From Tubiluchus corallicola (Eukaryota; Animalia; Priapulida), in contig JAQGDQ010000145.1 in assembly GCA_030141605.1 (NCBI GenBank), positions 372,001-436,000 on the forward strand: a stretch of DNA of 64,000 bases, given 5' to 3'. The position numbers were made by a program, and so were the translations under genes. The notes below the pieces were generated by a model. The model did not search any database and was not told the DNA's origin. It worked only from the letters and a program-made list of their open reading frames with translations. Below, one piece after another: positions 1 through 13,300 of the stretch. Position 1 is the stretch's first letter. Each line of letters begins with the position of its first letter.

Positions 1-211
1 AGGAAGAAGGGTGTGTTCCCGCAAAATTTTACAAAACCCCTGTAAACTCCGTACTATGTAGCAGTATTTAGAAATGCACATTAACCAAGCAAAAGTGTAA
101 ATTGCTGAAAACACTCTACTAATAAAATTGCCTCGTAGGTTTGTTCATAATGTTTTGTAAGAACTAAAGTTCAGGATGAATAAACTCTTCATTACAAAAA
201 AAGTCTATGTA

Positions 212-685
212 CAGTAAGTCCTCTCTTAACGATGTTAATGCATTTCAGCAAAACGCGTTTTTAAGTAAAACGTCGCTAAACGAAAATACGCTTCACACGA
301 GAAATAATGTAAAAGCATTCAATTACGTTACAGGAGCAAAATTGAGTAGTGCTTGGCTATGTAAAACTCTTTGAGTTTTATCAAGAAGAATTTTATCTAA
401 ATGTGAGAAAGCAATGAATCGTAGCCTGCCTAACTATATCTGACTACGTACTGTCAGCTTAGTTGGGCAAATTATTATCCAATATCCTACGGGTTAAGTA
501 GGATTATGGGTGATTTGGCTTAAGTAGTGGGCTGATCTGTAGAGTACGAGCTCAGTAAATGAGATTTTTGGCAGAAAATCATAGTTAAAATGAAACATGC
601 AATGTTAATTGGAAAAGGGTATCAAAAAGTTAATTTCGTTAAAATAAAACGAAAAGCTGTGGAGTCGTTAAGCGAGGACTTACTG
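212..685. mobile_element. Tigger/pogo-type (Tc1-mariner) MITE, 474 bp
   Basis: TIR CAGTAAGTCCTCTCTTAACGA at 212 matches the reverse complement of the right end (CAGTAAGTCCTCGCTTAACGA, ending 685) at 20/21. TA on both sides (210-211, 686-687). No ORF. Confidence 0.85.
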
Positions 686-1202
686 TAAACAGAAATTTTA
701 TATTGAAATTGTTTTTTTTTGTGGAAAATACGTGTGTACTCATCTTCCGGCATTGAAGGAAAAAGAAAATCCCCTTTGCATTCCCTGCCTGAAGGTGGTT
801 GAATTCTAATATCTAGCTACCGCACTGCATTTTCGATAATAAAATTGTTCTGTGACTTTTGTGCAGCTGCGGTCTTTTGTTGTTCAGTTCTGACATATTC
901 AAAAGTCACTTAACACCAACGTGTAAGCATTCATTCTTAAATCATCAGAACGTTTCTGTTTGTTGCATTTGTGTCTTGTTTTACAATTTTGGCAGTTCTG
1001 TAACAAATTAGGAAATGAGGTGAAATTTTGCATATGTATATGTACCACACCAGCATATGTATAATTAAAATCGTTTATATTTTCTTTTTAACTTGTTGAG
1101 ATATTCTAAACAGTTCTTATTAACTATGTTTGTACACTGCAGTCCTGTACTGCCAATTGTTATCAAGTTAATAACATTCTAATATTTACTGAAATGACTA
1201 CT

Positions 1203-1410
1203 AGATGTACGAAGTCATTTGTGTACTGGATTTTTTCAAGATAACAAGCAAAGAGATTCTTTTTGAAAGAATCTTTAATGTAAGAGGAAATATAATATAA
1301 AGATGTACGAATTCATTTGTGTATTGGCATTTTACAAGGTAACGAGCGAAAAGATTCTTTTTGAGCGAATCTTTTATGTAAGATGAAGTATAATATAAAA
1401 TTGTATGCAA
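1203..1410. repeat. Diverged tandem duplication, about 98-bp unit x2
   Basis: AGATGTACGAAGTCATTTGTGTACTGG... at 1203 recurs as AGATGTACGAATTCATTTGTGTATTGG... at 1301, colinear over the unit. Confidence 0.75.
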
Positions 1411-4341
1411 ATTACGAACATAATCATGAATCTCATTTATATTAGTGTATGAATCAAACTGTACGCGATTATTGTGAAGCAGTGTACAGTTTGTTCTACA
1501 TCTTGCCCTTTACGATCTTGCCTTTTCTGTTACATCCCAGAAATAACTATTTAACTGTTTGTAAATTTGTCGATCAGTGCTGTTGTCATACTTTGCCCAT
1601 TTTAGATTATTTACAAGTGTTAAATTTCCATTGTTTAATTGCCTTTGCTTTTAGCGTCAAGTTTATGAAGTTGATTTAAATTTGAATAACACTGACAGAA
1701 AATGAATTCTGATTATCCTGACATATCCAGATTGGCCAACATTATTGAAAGTTTTATTGTCACGTACTTGAATATCACAGAGGCCACAAAATTTTGTATT
1801 TCCTATATTATCATTAAGCAGTCTTACAACTTGTTTTGTTATATTTTTCTAGATTATATTAATAACTTATGGGATTGTTTGCCCATTTTTCTGCATTTTG
1901 TTATAAAGATGTCTGGATATAATTACTTTATATTAATGATGTTACTATAGTTGGCTAGTACGACAAACATCTCTGAAACAGTCATGTTAATATTTGTATT
2001 TATAAGCTGTAATTTGTATATGGGTTGCGGCAATCGTAAACTTTGTTGGGTATCTACAAATTTTATACATATTTAGAACTCTTGTATTGCTATTATACAC
2101 TGAATATATATAAAAATAACAAATGTACTTAAAGTCGGAGATCCTTATTAATATTAGCATACTAAACGTAATTTTTATATGATTTTCTTATAAGATTGTG
2201 TATGCAAAGGCAGTGATTTACGTGTGTAATTTTTTTAATGTACATTTCATATTTATCCATGTTGCAAATCTTGTATACACTGACAATGAACAAATATAGA
2301 TATCTACTAACTGGTTACGATTAACCTCAAAATTTGCTTGAAGAGGTAGTTTTAGGTTGCTAGTAGCAGCAAGACACTGAAAACCAGCTCTTTTGCAGGT
2401 TTCTTAAATTTATTGGTATAATTATTTTGAATTCTGTTTGCAATTTAATTTATGACCACCTGATTTACTTTAATAGACTATAGAACTGAAACTGATTAGC
2501 AATTTAACATGTTGTGTGAAATAACCCCTGGTGTGTTATAGTATTTTTTCTGTGACGGTAATGTTTATCTTAACCATTCCACTACATTTGAATCCGGTTA
2601 GCCGTAAATTTACATTTAACATAATTTTTATTGTTGATTGTGTATTGTTAACTTTTTTAAGAATTGTTCTTTTTCATGTGCCTTGATTGTTTTGATACAT
2701 CTGGAGCTAATATTGTTTTGTTTCTAACAATGAATTCTTGCATTGAAAACTGCAAATAACTCTGCCATCTGATGTTCACTGTTGCTGGTGTGTGTCAGTG
2801 TAGAATAAAAGTGGCTGATGTTTTTTGAGTCAGGAATTGGAAATTAAATAAGGTATTAATGCAGGTTGCAGAGTAATTTTTCACCGTTTTGATGTAAGGA
2901 ATTGTTAGTCTCATTAGCATAATTATCAAGTAATGACACATTTTTCACATTAAGGAAATGTAGTGTTGCAGATTGTACCACTTTTGGTACACTCGTGGCA
3001 TACATTTTCAAGTCTTTGTACCTGTCGAAATTAGTTTTCTAGTACTTACACCAAAATTCTTACTAAAACTAGTGCAGTTTCTCCCTATAGTGCAACATTC
3101 TCAGTATTTAGCATTTTCATCATTGTTTTTGTTTTTCATGACCCCCTATGCTTCGATTGCAGCAGAATGATTGAAAGCAATTTCATATAAGCGTAAAAAT
3201 ATGTACAAGGCAAGATTTAATACAGATAATAAAAAGAAGTGGAATGCATAAAATAAATTAGTATTAATCATTATTAGCTGTGTTACTTCCTTAAAAGAGT
3301 GCCTTGTCAGTCTATTTTTGAATAAATTCTAAATATTTTTGTAATCATGTGAGGGATGTTCTCAAGGTTTGGGTTGTGAAAAATAAACTAAAAATTATCT
3401 TTAAAATTTCAGAGTTTGTGTGCTTTAATTATCTTAACTCTCTATGTACAAATAGAAATAGATCCAAACAATTCCACTGCTTCCATTTCTGGCTACGTAG
3501 TACATTAAAATCTGTTGATTATAAAGCTGACAAACTCAGATTTCGTGTCTGATCTCATTTCTGAAGACTATTCTGCATTTATAAATCATCAGTCATAAAT
3601 CATAGCTTCTTTGAATAACAGAGATCATTTATATAGATCCCAGGTTAAACAGAAAGTCAAATATACTACATGACTGTTCGTTGCTAGTACTACTTTGTTT
3701 CGGATGGGCTGCATGGCTGACTCACTGACATTAAGGGGATATAATGCAAAATGCTCAGATTAACGTCCAAGCTGAATAATAATTTACGAAGTTTGACGAG
3801 ATACATAAATACAAAATTTCATGTGATATTATATAAAAGCTTTATTTTTGACTATAATGGCCATTTAAAAGTACCAATAGACATAATACAAGGCAATCTA
3901 GCTGATAAAATATAACACCATGAGACACAAGTATATTAGTAAGTGAATTTAAAAAGCTACTGAAAGTGAAAACTCAAGTAAATATCTGAAAAGAGAGTTG
4001 TGAAAATTATAATAATTATAGTGATAAGAAAAATATACTTTTGACTGTGTTGCTAACACAGTCTACAGTTTGCTCAGCATCTTTAAACTATGGGATAAAA
4101 ACATCAGCTAGTTAAAATACAATGGGTTTCATGTCTCTACTACTCCATTAACCAAACGATCTATCACTAGGCTGTTTCACAAAAACGAAACACTTTGCAA
4201 AAGTATACTAAAAAATTATTAGCAAGCGATTATTAGCAACCCCAAACAGTTTGCGAAAAAACAGGCAAAACTCCATTCTGCCGCCCAGATTTGTCTCTTT
4301 TGTTCACTGGTGTCTGTCCACCTGGTCATTCTTGAAAAAAT

Positions 4342-7300
4342 TCAGTTACGAGATCGCCTGGAAATAAACAAATCAGAAAAAATTATTCGACTGCTGTACC
4401 AAAAAAACATTTCCGTACTTTGATTTCAGACATTTTCAACTAGCTAATAATCTTTACTTGCTAACCAAAATTTAAATCTGTAGAAAAAGTTAGAAATAAT
4501 TAATGAAATTTCCTTCAAACAATCATCTCGTTGAACAGCCGTTTCACACGACAAATTGTGGAAGCCATTGGTCATATCAATGATTTTCATTTTGCCATGA
4601 CTAGTACTGATAATGTCTCTGAATTTGTAACCAAAGCAGTTATTATTATATATTTGAAGTCACAAAACCATGTTTCATCAGTTTTGCTTGTCTAAATACC
4701 AGGTATTTACTCAATCAAAACTAAACTATATTTCACTAAAATAATTGTGCAGTGTGATACGCTAGCTAGAAAGTGATTGTTCAAAAATAAAACATATACT
4801 TGTACTTACTTTGCACCAGTGCCTTCAATAGCTTTTGAACACTGCAAAACAAAAATCAAGTCCCTTCTAGATTCAACAAAACAAAACACATTGTGTTCTA
4901 GTTGCAGACATGAATTTAAGCCATTTGAAGATTTAATAATCCAGACTGACAATTTTCCAAAGCAAAAATAACATGTTATAATTGGTCTTTGCATAAAGTA
5001 CAATTAATTTCTAAATAAGCTATGCTACATTGAATCGAGCACGAATCATTTTGTTTTCATAAACTATTTTTAAATATTAATTTACTGTATGCCTACATAT
5101 GTAGTAATACTCATATATTTTTCCCACTACTATGTAACTACTCAATTATTGGTTTCATTTCTGCTTTAACATAAAAGTAGTATTCTGACTTCATAACATA
5201 TCATGTAAAATTGAATAAATGTATAAAATTATTCAGAAACGAGAACTCACTCTAGTCTCTACATCAGTCCAGTCACCATCTACGCCGTTAATTGGGTCAC
5301 GCTGGCATTGTTCAGCTGATCGTTTTCTTGAAGTCGCAGTCGGCGAAACTTGACGCAATACTTCTATGTCGTCAAACACAACAGCAGTGCCACCACTCCT
5401 GGTTCGATGAACATCGCCCTTAAAACACCAAAGTGATTCACAGTCAAAAAGATGTAAGAATGACCTTTATTTCAATACTGAAGCCATGCAGACGAATAGC
5501 AAAATGAGTCTTACAGCCTAGGAACTGCCTTTGATCTTACTATTTTACGAAAAATTTCCCCAAAGAACTATCATGTTATTGAGGAGTATTACCTTAATTA
5601 ACTATAACAAACGGAGAAAAATATGTATGCAGTTTCAAATAGGACCACTGGGCTAGTAATGTCCAACTGACCTTCTTACATTCTGTCTTGTAATAATACC
5701 AAACTACATTAATGAAAGCTTTTGACATAGCACTTGATCTATAATTCCTACTGCCAGGAATTTTATGAATAAAGGAAAGGTACCATACAAATATCTAGCT
5801 TACCTTAACTAATTTTGTTTCAATTTCTCCATCTGATTTCTGTTCTTGATGTGTAAGAACATACTTATTCACATCTTTTGTATCTTTCTTATTCAGCTTC
5901 GAAACAGATTTCTTTCTTAGTCGCCGCTGCTGGAAAACCGTATCTGTAACAAATGTGAACAGTTTTTAACAAAGTTTTCTTGACCCTTCTACATCGTGGA
6001 GGTCAAGACTCTTTTTCATTTACAAATGAAAATTACGGTGCAACTGTGATGAACTTTATATAGAAATGCTAGGCTGGTTGTGGCTGTATTCAGTTAAAGA
6101 GTTAGGCAAACTATAATTAATTCAATACAGCCGCAGTCACAGAAATTTATTAGCACGTTGACTGCCAACTATTGAGTATGCTCATATTAGGCAACCTTGT
6201 ACCAAATGCAACTGTGAGTATACATATAGTTGATTAAATGGCACAATACAGCAGCACACACAAAAAGCTTGGTAGCCCACCAATGCATGTAAAAGATTCA
6301 CATGTAATTGGCTGAGTGCTCTCACATGCACTAGAATGTTATGTGAGGATTTTATGCCATAGAGGAATTCATATGCAAACAGCCATTTTAGACGTCAAAT
6401 GCAATCTACATGTTATCTCGTACTTGGCAATTAAAAAGCACTAAGACAACGGCTTGGCAATTAACACATTAATTACATTTGTTTTTTCATCAATATATAA
6501 AAATGTTATCATAGTGAACCAGTGAAGATGTAGTAATGAATAGCGAATACCAACCTAATTCCAGATTACCAAGGGGCTTGTGATCTAGCCACCTGTCCCC
6601 AACTGATCTGGAACGCCTGTGACGAGATCTTACATTCACAACTGGAACATTCTGAAAGAAACAAAACCTAGTAATAAGAAAAATGAACCAATGCATAGCA
6701 CTTTAATCATTCATTCGATGGTGCTAGCTTATCAAAATCCAATAAATTGTTGCAAAGATATAAACAGTAAAGGTCTAAAAAATGGTCGTATCTTAGCATT
6801 TTTGGTAATTATTGTCAAGTATCGGTTGTTGATTATACATTGACTGGCTGTTTCTTGCTCAATATTAACTCTCTGCATCCAATTGTTAGATTGGTTTAAT
6901 GATTTATTAATAGACAATTAATACCCACAATTGTTCACAATATACTTTACTAATAGCAGCTAGCAGTGTAAATTTTTTTGCTTTAATGACGTATTTGTTG
7001 ACGATGGTAAATTTAGAGAAATAACATCTTCACTTAAATAAGAACTGTAAGAAAGCCTATTTGAACAAATAGAACGACAGCAAACTGAAGGATATAATGG
7101 GGGTGGAAACACATTTTTCACACCAGATCTATTCATACTCGATGCAAAAATTTAGGAAACCACGGTGTAAACAATGCAACCACTACTCCATTTGATGCTG
7201 GCTGGTATCAAAAATATCTTAGTAGAAGCCCATTATTTTTCTTTTACTTTTAAGAACATTTTTATGACATACTCGTCTAGGTGGCGGTGACTGAGATCTT

Positions 7301-10300
7301 GGTACACGATTTACACCCTCCCTCGCAGTGCGGCTGTTGATTTCCTTGATTCTAGTACCAACCAAGTTCAGCCGCGACTCTGATTTAGCTGGTTGTACAG
7401 GAGCTAGCAAAAAATTCAAAAATTAAACATTATACAAAATCACACTCACCTGCTAGAGGCAAGAACTAAAAACGATTTTTACTACACAAAAATTGGCAAT
7501 CGTAACCTTGATTTAACCCCCACAAGTTTAATTTAATTTGCAGATTTTTTCTTAGAATTTTTAATTACGCAGCTGTTCTCTAAACATCAGCAAGCTCAGA
7601 TGTCCGATTGTCAGTACTACCTCGATGTGCTCTCACTTGTACCGGAGCAGGACGGCGAGCTGAAGGACCCGGAGTGTCAGTCTCTAAAATCTCTTTTACA
7701 ATACGCAGCTTCTCTTCCTTCTCCCACATTTTATTGGTAAGCTGGGCTTCTGTCATCCGAACTTTCTCCTAGAAATTGATTGGTAAATCTATAGCAAAAC
7801 TTGAATTTTTGACTGTTTCTTAATAGTTGCATACAGCCTTACTTTATAACAAAATTCAGTTCCTCGTCAAAGACTTTAGAAAAAACAATATTTATAATTT
7901 CAGTCATTTAGACAGACAGATTGTTTATTAAAATTGCAGTCGAAATGATTGAAAATTACACAAAAGATGGTCACATAAATTTAAAAACAATAAAATGACA
8001 GCAATAATACGTAAAATAAAACTACAATTGCTTCATTACATAGACAAGAATTTCATTAAACAACTAAGCCAAAAGACAAATATAAATAGTGTGAAACAGA
8101 TAAAATAGTGAATTATATCAGATTACATTTGCAGCAAGTATAAAACTATTTTTATAGCAGGAAGTTTTGCAATGTGGTAAAACAAATGGCATTGACTGCC
8201 AAATTTACGAATGTTCATTCTCTTTTCAGGACTTGGAGATGTTTATATGCATCAACTTTCATGGCAACAAAGCTCTGATGCCTAGACTCTATAGTGCTGG
8301 AATAGAGAAAAAAATTAATGGTTCCTCATAAGACAATGATGGGGATATAATGCGATATGCATGCTTTTTCATTCATATTAGGGCATGAGATTGTTCTTTT
8401 GTGGTGCAACGAATCCCAATAACCGTACCATTACTCTAACAAGCATATACATACTAGCTCTTTCTGTTGCTTTTCCTTTACATTTTCGATCTTGTGCATG
8501 TACTTGTGCTTAAGACGATCTTTAGCAAATGCTTCCTGAGAAATCTTCATATCTTTCTCTTCAAGCTGAAAATTTTTAAAGATAAAATAAGTCCATGTTT
8601 AATGACTCCTCAGTGGCATTTCGTTTGAACGACGTTAAAAATTTGACACCCTTTTCTCACTTAACAATTCATGCTTCATTTTAAAGATGCTTTTTGTTTT
8701 GATCAAAGCCATTTTTATGATAAACAATTTTTTTACGTAATTTGAAGCATTAAAATAGTACATATTGTGGTATTCCATTCTAAAAATGCACTAGTACTGT
8801 AAAATGGTAGAATCATTATACGTTTTCGTTTCCTGGCTGACTACTAAATGCAGCTGTTTGAATTAAGTGAGATCTACTCCCAATTTATAAGTCTCCAGGC
8901 ACGTGAGTGCAAACTTCAATGTGATTGAATTTTCCCCGCAACCTGTTCCTATAGTAACCAGACTAAGGATCTAGATAAATGTTAGCTGCCTAGGGCTGCT
9001 TCAATGTTAACTAAAGACAACCCGCTAGCTAGATACTGGTAATAGACTTATGTGACTTCGGTCAAACAGAAAGAAATTAATTAGTAGAAACATGAATAAA
9101 ATTATTCACAAAACGTTTAATTTATATGTCCAAAGCAGCAATGATTCTCGCCTCTGGAGCATAACTCACGTCTTTTACATTAATTTCTATGGAAGTCTTG
9201 CTTTCGCTTAACATCAGGTTTTGCTGGAATGTTAAGCGAGGACTTACTCTAATGCTTTGCATTGTCTAGCATTATAGATGAGAACTGTTTAACCATATAT
9301 CAAAGGTGGTCAGGTTAGAGTAGCGTAAAGAATTTCACAGAAAAAATATGAACAAACTGAGAGTGATGGTTTTAACTCTAAAACTCCATGTAGACATTCA
9401 GATGTTTAATGTGTTTACATTTATCGAATCCCTAAAAAAACTAATTGTTAAGCAAATAAAAGAAATAGCAAGTGCCCAAGAAATTAGTGACATCTTCTTT
9501 CTTATGCCGACATTTCAACAACATCATTTACTGCTGAAACATCAGCAGAAAAAAGATGCTACTGTTGTCAATCTTGGGTGCTTGTTCTTGTTATTGGCTT
9601 TATTTGGAAACTAAGATTCCATTCTTACAAGCCTAACTTTCAAGCATTTCATTCTTCATTATCTATAGTCCTATTACTTAATACTTACTAAATTTACGCT
9701 CAAGGTATCAAAGTAAACAATATCTGGCCCATAAAGTCAAATAGGCAAAATTCAACATTACCTCATTTTGTAACATGGCCCTATCTTGCTCATATCGCAG
9801 ATTAGCTCCCTGTAATTCAGTATTTCGTTTTTCATACTGCTTCAGTGTTTTCTGCAGCCTATCTGTTTTCTGTCGTTCTGCTTCAAGTTCAGCCTGTAGA
9901 AACTCAACTTGCTAGAAAAAATAACAAACAGTAATTAGCATAGTATTAGCATAGAACATGACGAGATGAAAAATAAAAACACTGTTACCTAGCAGCATGA
10001 CGAAAAGTAACAACACTGTTACCTGGCAGCATGATGAAAAGTAACATCACTGTTACCTGGCAACACGATGAAAAGTAACATCACCGTTACTTAGCAGCGT
10101 GATGAAAAGTAACATCACTGTTACCTGGCAGCACAATGAAAAGTAACATCACTGTTACCTGGCAGCACGATGAAACGTAACATCACTGTTACCTGGCAGC
10201 ACGATGAAAAGTAACATCGCTGTTACTTGGCAACATGATGAAAAGTAACATCACTGTTACCTGGCAGCACAATGAAACGTAACATCACTGTTACCTGGCA

Positions 10301-13300
10301 GCGTGATGAAAAGTAACATCACTGTTACCTGGCAGCACGATGAAAAGTAACATCGCTGTTACTTGGCAACATGATGAAAAGTAACATCACTGTTACCTGG
10401 CAGCACAATGAAACGTAACATCACTGTTACCTGGCAGCGTGATGAAAAGTAACATCACTGTTACCTGGCAGCATGATGAAAAGTAACATCGCTGTTACTT
10501 GGCAGCGTGATGAAAAGTAACATCACTGTTACCTGGCAGCACAATGAAACGTAACATCACTGTTACCTGGCAGCATGATGAAAAGTAACATCACTGTTAC
10601 CTGGCAGCACAATGAAACGTAACATCACTGTTACCTGGCAGCATGATGAAAAGTAACATCACTGTTACCTGGCAGCACGACAAAAAGTAACAGTAACCTT
10701 ACCTGGCAACCTGATGAAAGTAAAAGCTACGTTAGCATAACAATAACAGCTTTGTAGCTACATGTATTAAAATTGAAATCCTGCATTACATCAACATATC
10801 ACTTACATCACGTAGACTATTCCTCTCATTCTCCAAATTAATGAGATCATTCCGGAACTGTGTTTCTGTAAAAATAAACACCAACAAAGATTATTATATG
10901 AGCCTATTATTACCAAATGCAGGTTTTTTGTATGCGTGTAACGACAAAAGAAAAAACCACCTAATAAATTTCAGAGCCAAATTTTAACATGGTTGTTTTG
11001 AAAGTGTTCCAAGTCACAGTGACACAAAAATTTGTGAAGTTGTTTTTAAAGTGTTCCAGGTTTTCGAGGTCCCAGTTCCCAGTGACACATAAAAATTTGG
11101 ACGTTTAAATCTTTTCTTGGTATAAACTTCACTTGTTATAAACTTGGTTATGATATTGTAATGGATCTGGGGTCCAGCGCGGACCCGTCTCAGGATGTAT
11201 AGAGCGGCATACAAGTTAAAGGTCCGGAATGCGAATGTAGAATAAACTTTAATGCATAACCAGTAGCTCCATGACATGTGAATAGACTTTTGTATAAAAA
11301 TAAGCAAGCCTACAGTATTCGCCATTACAGACAGAAAGGTCAAGTAGGAATCGTCAAATTACGGCATGCATTCTGCTTTATAGGTACATTTGCATTACGG
11401 GGCTTCTCAACCATACACATTACTAACGTTAGGGGGTTGGTCAAAATCTGCCTTCGTAACAATATCAATAATTTCTCATTTTTTACAATTAGAGTACTCA
11501 GTAACATACGTTTATGTGCGAGATCGCGAAGTAAAGTATTCCTGCGATTCTGACGGTCCACCAAAAATTGCACAAGTGGCAGAAGCACACTTTCGTCCGA
11601 CGCATCAGTGATCTAAAGGAAAATTCTAAGTAATGACTAAAAGCTATGAGAATTGACCAAGAAGCATAAAATATTTAAGAACTATCAACACTGCAAATAT
11701 AGACTCATACGCAACCGTACTAATACACTTACACTTTCAAGTACAGCTCACAGAAGAAAAGCACCAAACACATTGAAGCAATACTTACAAGACTCATGAA
11801 ATAAAATTATATTCATTTTTTATGAAAAAAAGATTAAAGAGCCGTTTAGATTTTTCTATAACAGTAGCTCAGTTACATTACAAAATTAATGTTACATTAC
11901 ATTACATTCATAAATTAATATGATTACTACTCTACTATTATCCATAACTAGTCTAGTAAGACAAAACAGCCTTACCTCCAATGTTGGAAATGGTGGTCCA
12001 AGGCTGTAAGTGAGAGGTATCGGTAACAAACGTAGAGCCTCGTCACCTACAAATAGATAATAATAATTTCAGTCACTGTGCAGTTTGGCCAGTTGCTTCC
12101 AATTACAACAAATTAATTTATTAAAGAGATGAAGATTAAATTTAAAAATTTATAATCTCGATATCATCATTATGTTTGTTTCACTGTGCTACAAACTCAC
12201 AATTAATTGAATAAAAAGAAATAAAATTAGTTACGTCTTTGCTAATAATCTTAATATTAAGATTACTGGTTTAAGTAATTTACTAATAACACATGGGAAT
12301 TTCAGGTTTTTAAAATCACAAAATCAGACTTTAAAAGGAAATGAACGAAAATTTGGAAAAATAGCGACAATACACGAAAACCAACAGCGACAGACTTATA
12401 TTAAACAGTTTGCAAATACCAAAACTTAGAATAGTTTCTTATCGACTCTACCAGCTGAAAGATGTCAAGATTTTATCTAATCTTAAGGGGTTTTGAAACC
12501 AGATGTACGCAGACATGTACGTAGTCAGAGATGTCTTCGCACATGCAATGGCATAGTCAGCCGAAACATTTACAAAACTTTACATTGTACAATAAAGGAG
12601 CTAACAGAGTTTATTAATGATTTACTCACTGTGTAGATGAAAATAGATGTAGATACATGTAGAAGCAGAAGAAAGTAGAAGATACATACATGTAGATGTA
12701 GATTAAAGGTAGATGAGAAAAAGTAGCTGTTCCAAACACTGGGATGATCTAATATTGGAATTGCTAAACTAATTGACCTGCTACATGGGATGAACTTGGA
12801 CTGTCAAGACCGCTATGAAGCATAGTAGTCTAGCGGTAATAGCATCTACTTGCAAGCAGAAAATCCCTGGCTTAAATTGAGACTGCTCATTGCATCTTTT
12901 TCAAATTTCTAGATTTTCATGCTTGATTTCGAAATTCAATTGTGGGTTGTACCATCAGGGTATATTCTCTTTCTAACTACATCTAAGTTACTTTATAGCA
13001 ACTGTAATAAAATTTTGCTGAATAGCTAAAACCTACTTCCTTCTGATTCAGCTTTTTTAATAGCTTCTTTGTACATTTGGTTAGCACGGCGCCGACCGGG
13101 TGTGAATCCAACGTCAAATCTGTGATCCATGGGCCGAGTTATGACAACCTCCTGAGTCAATTCAGCAAACTTCATCACATGCTAAACAACAAAAATGTAT
13201 GTGTTCATGTGAGATAAATTAATATTGCTCAAGTTGCATGTATGTAAAATGACAAGCCAACTTGCTTTTTATTTTTCTCCACAGTAAAAGATTAACGAGA

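Noticed and set aside
9965-10720. CRISPR-like array or hammerhead-ribozyme satellite
   Set aside because: Units are contiguous with no unique spacers, there are no cas genes, and the array is in a eukaryotic intron. The TGATGA is not followed by a stem II-GAAA hammerhead core.
13031-13037. Tandem donor GTAGGT as a frameshifting alternative splice site
   Set aside because: Recounting shows the first GT (exon end 13037) gives the correct phase, so no unusual event is needed.
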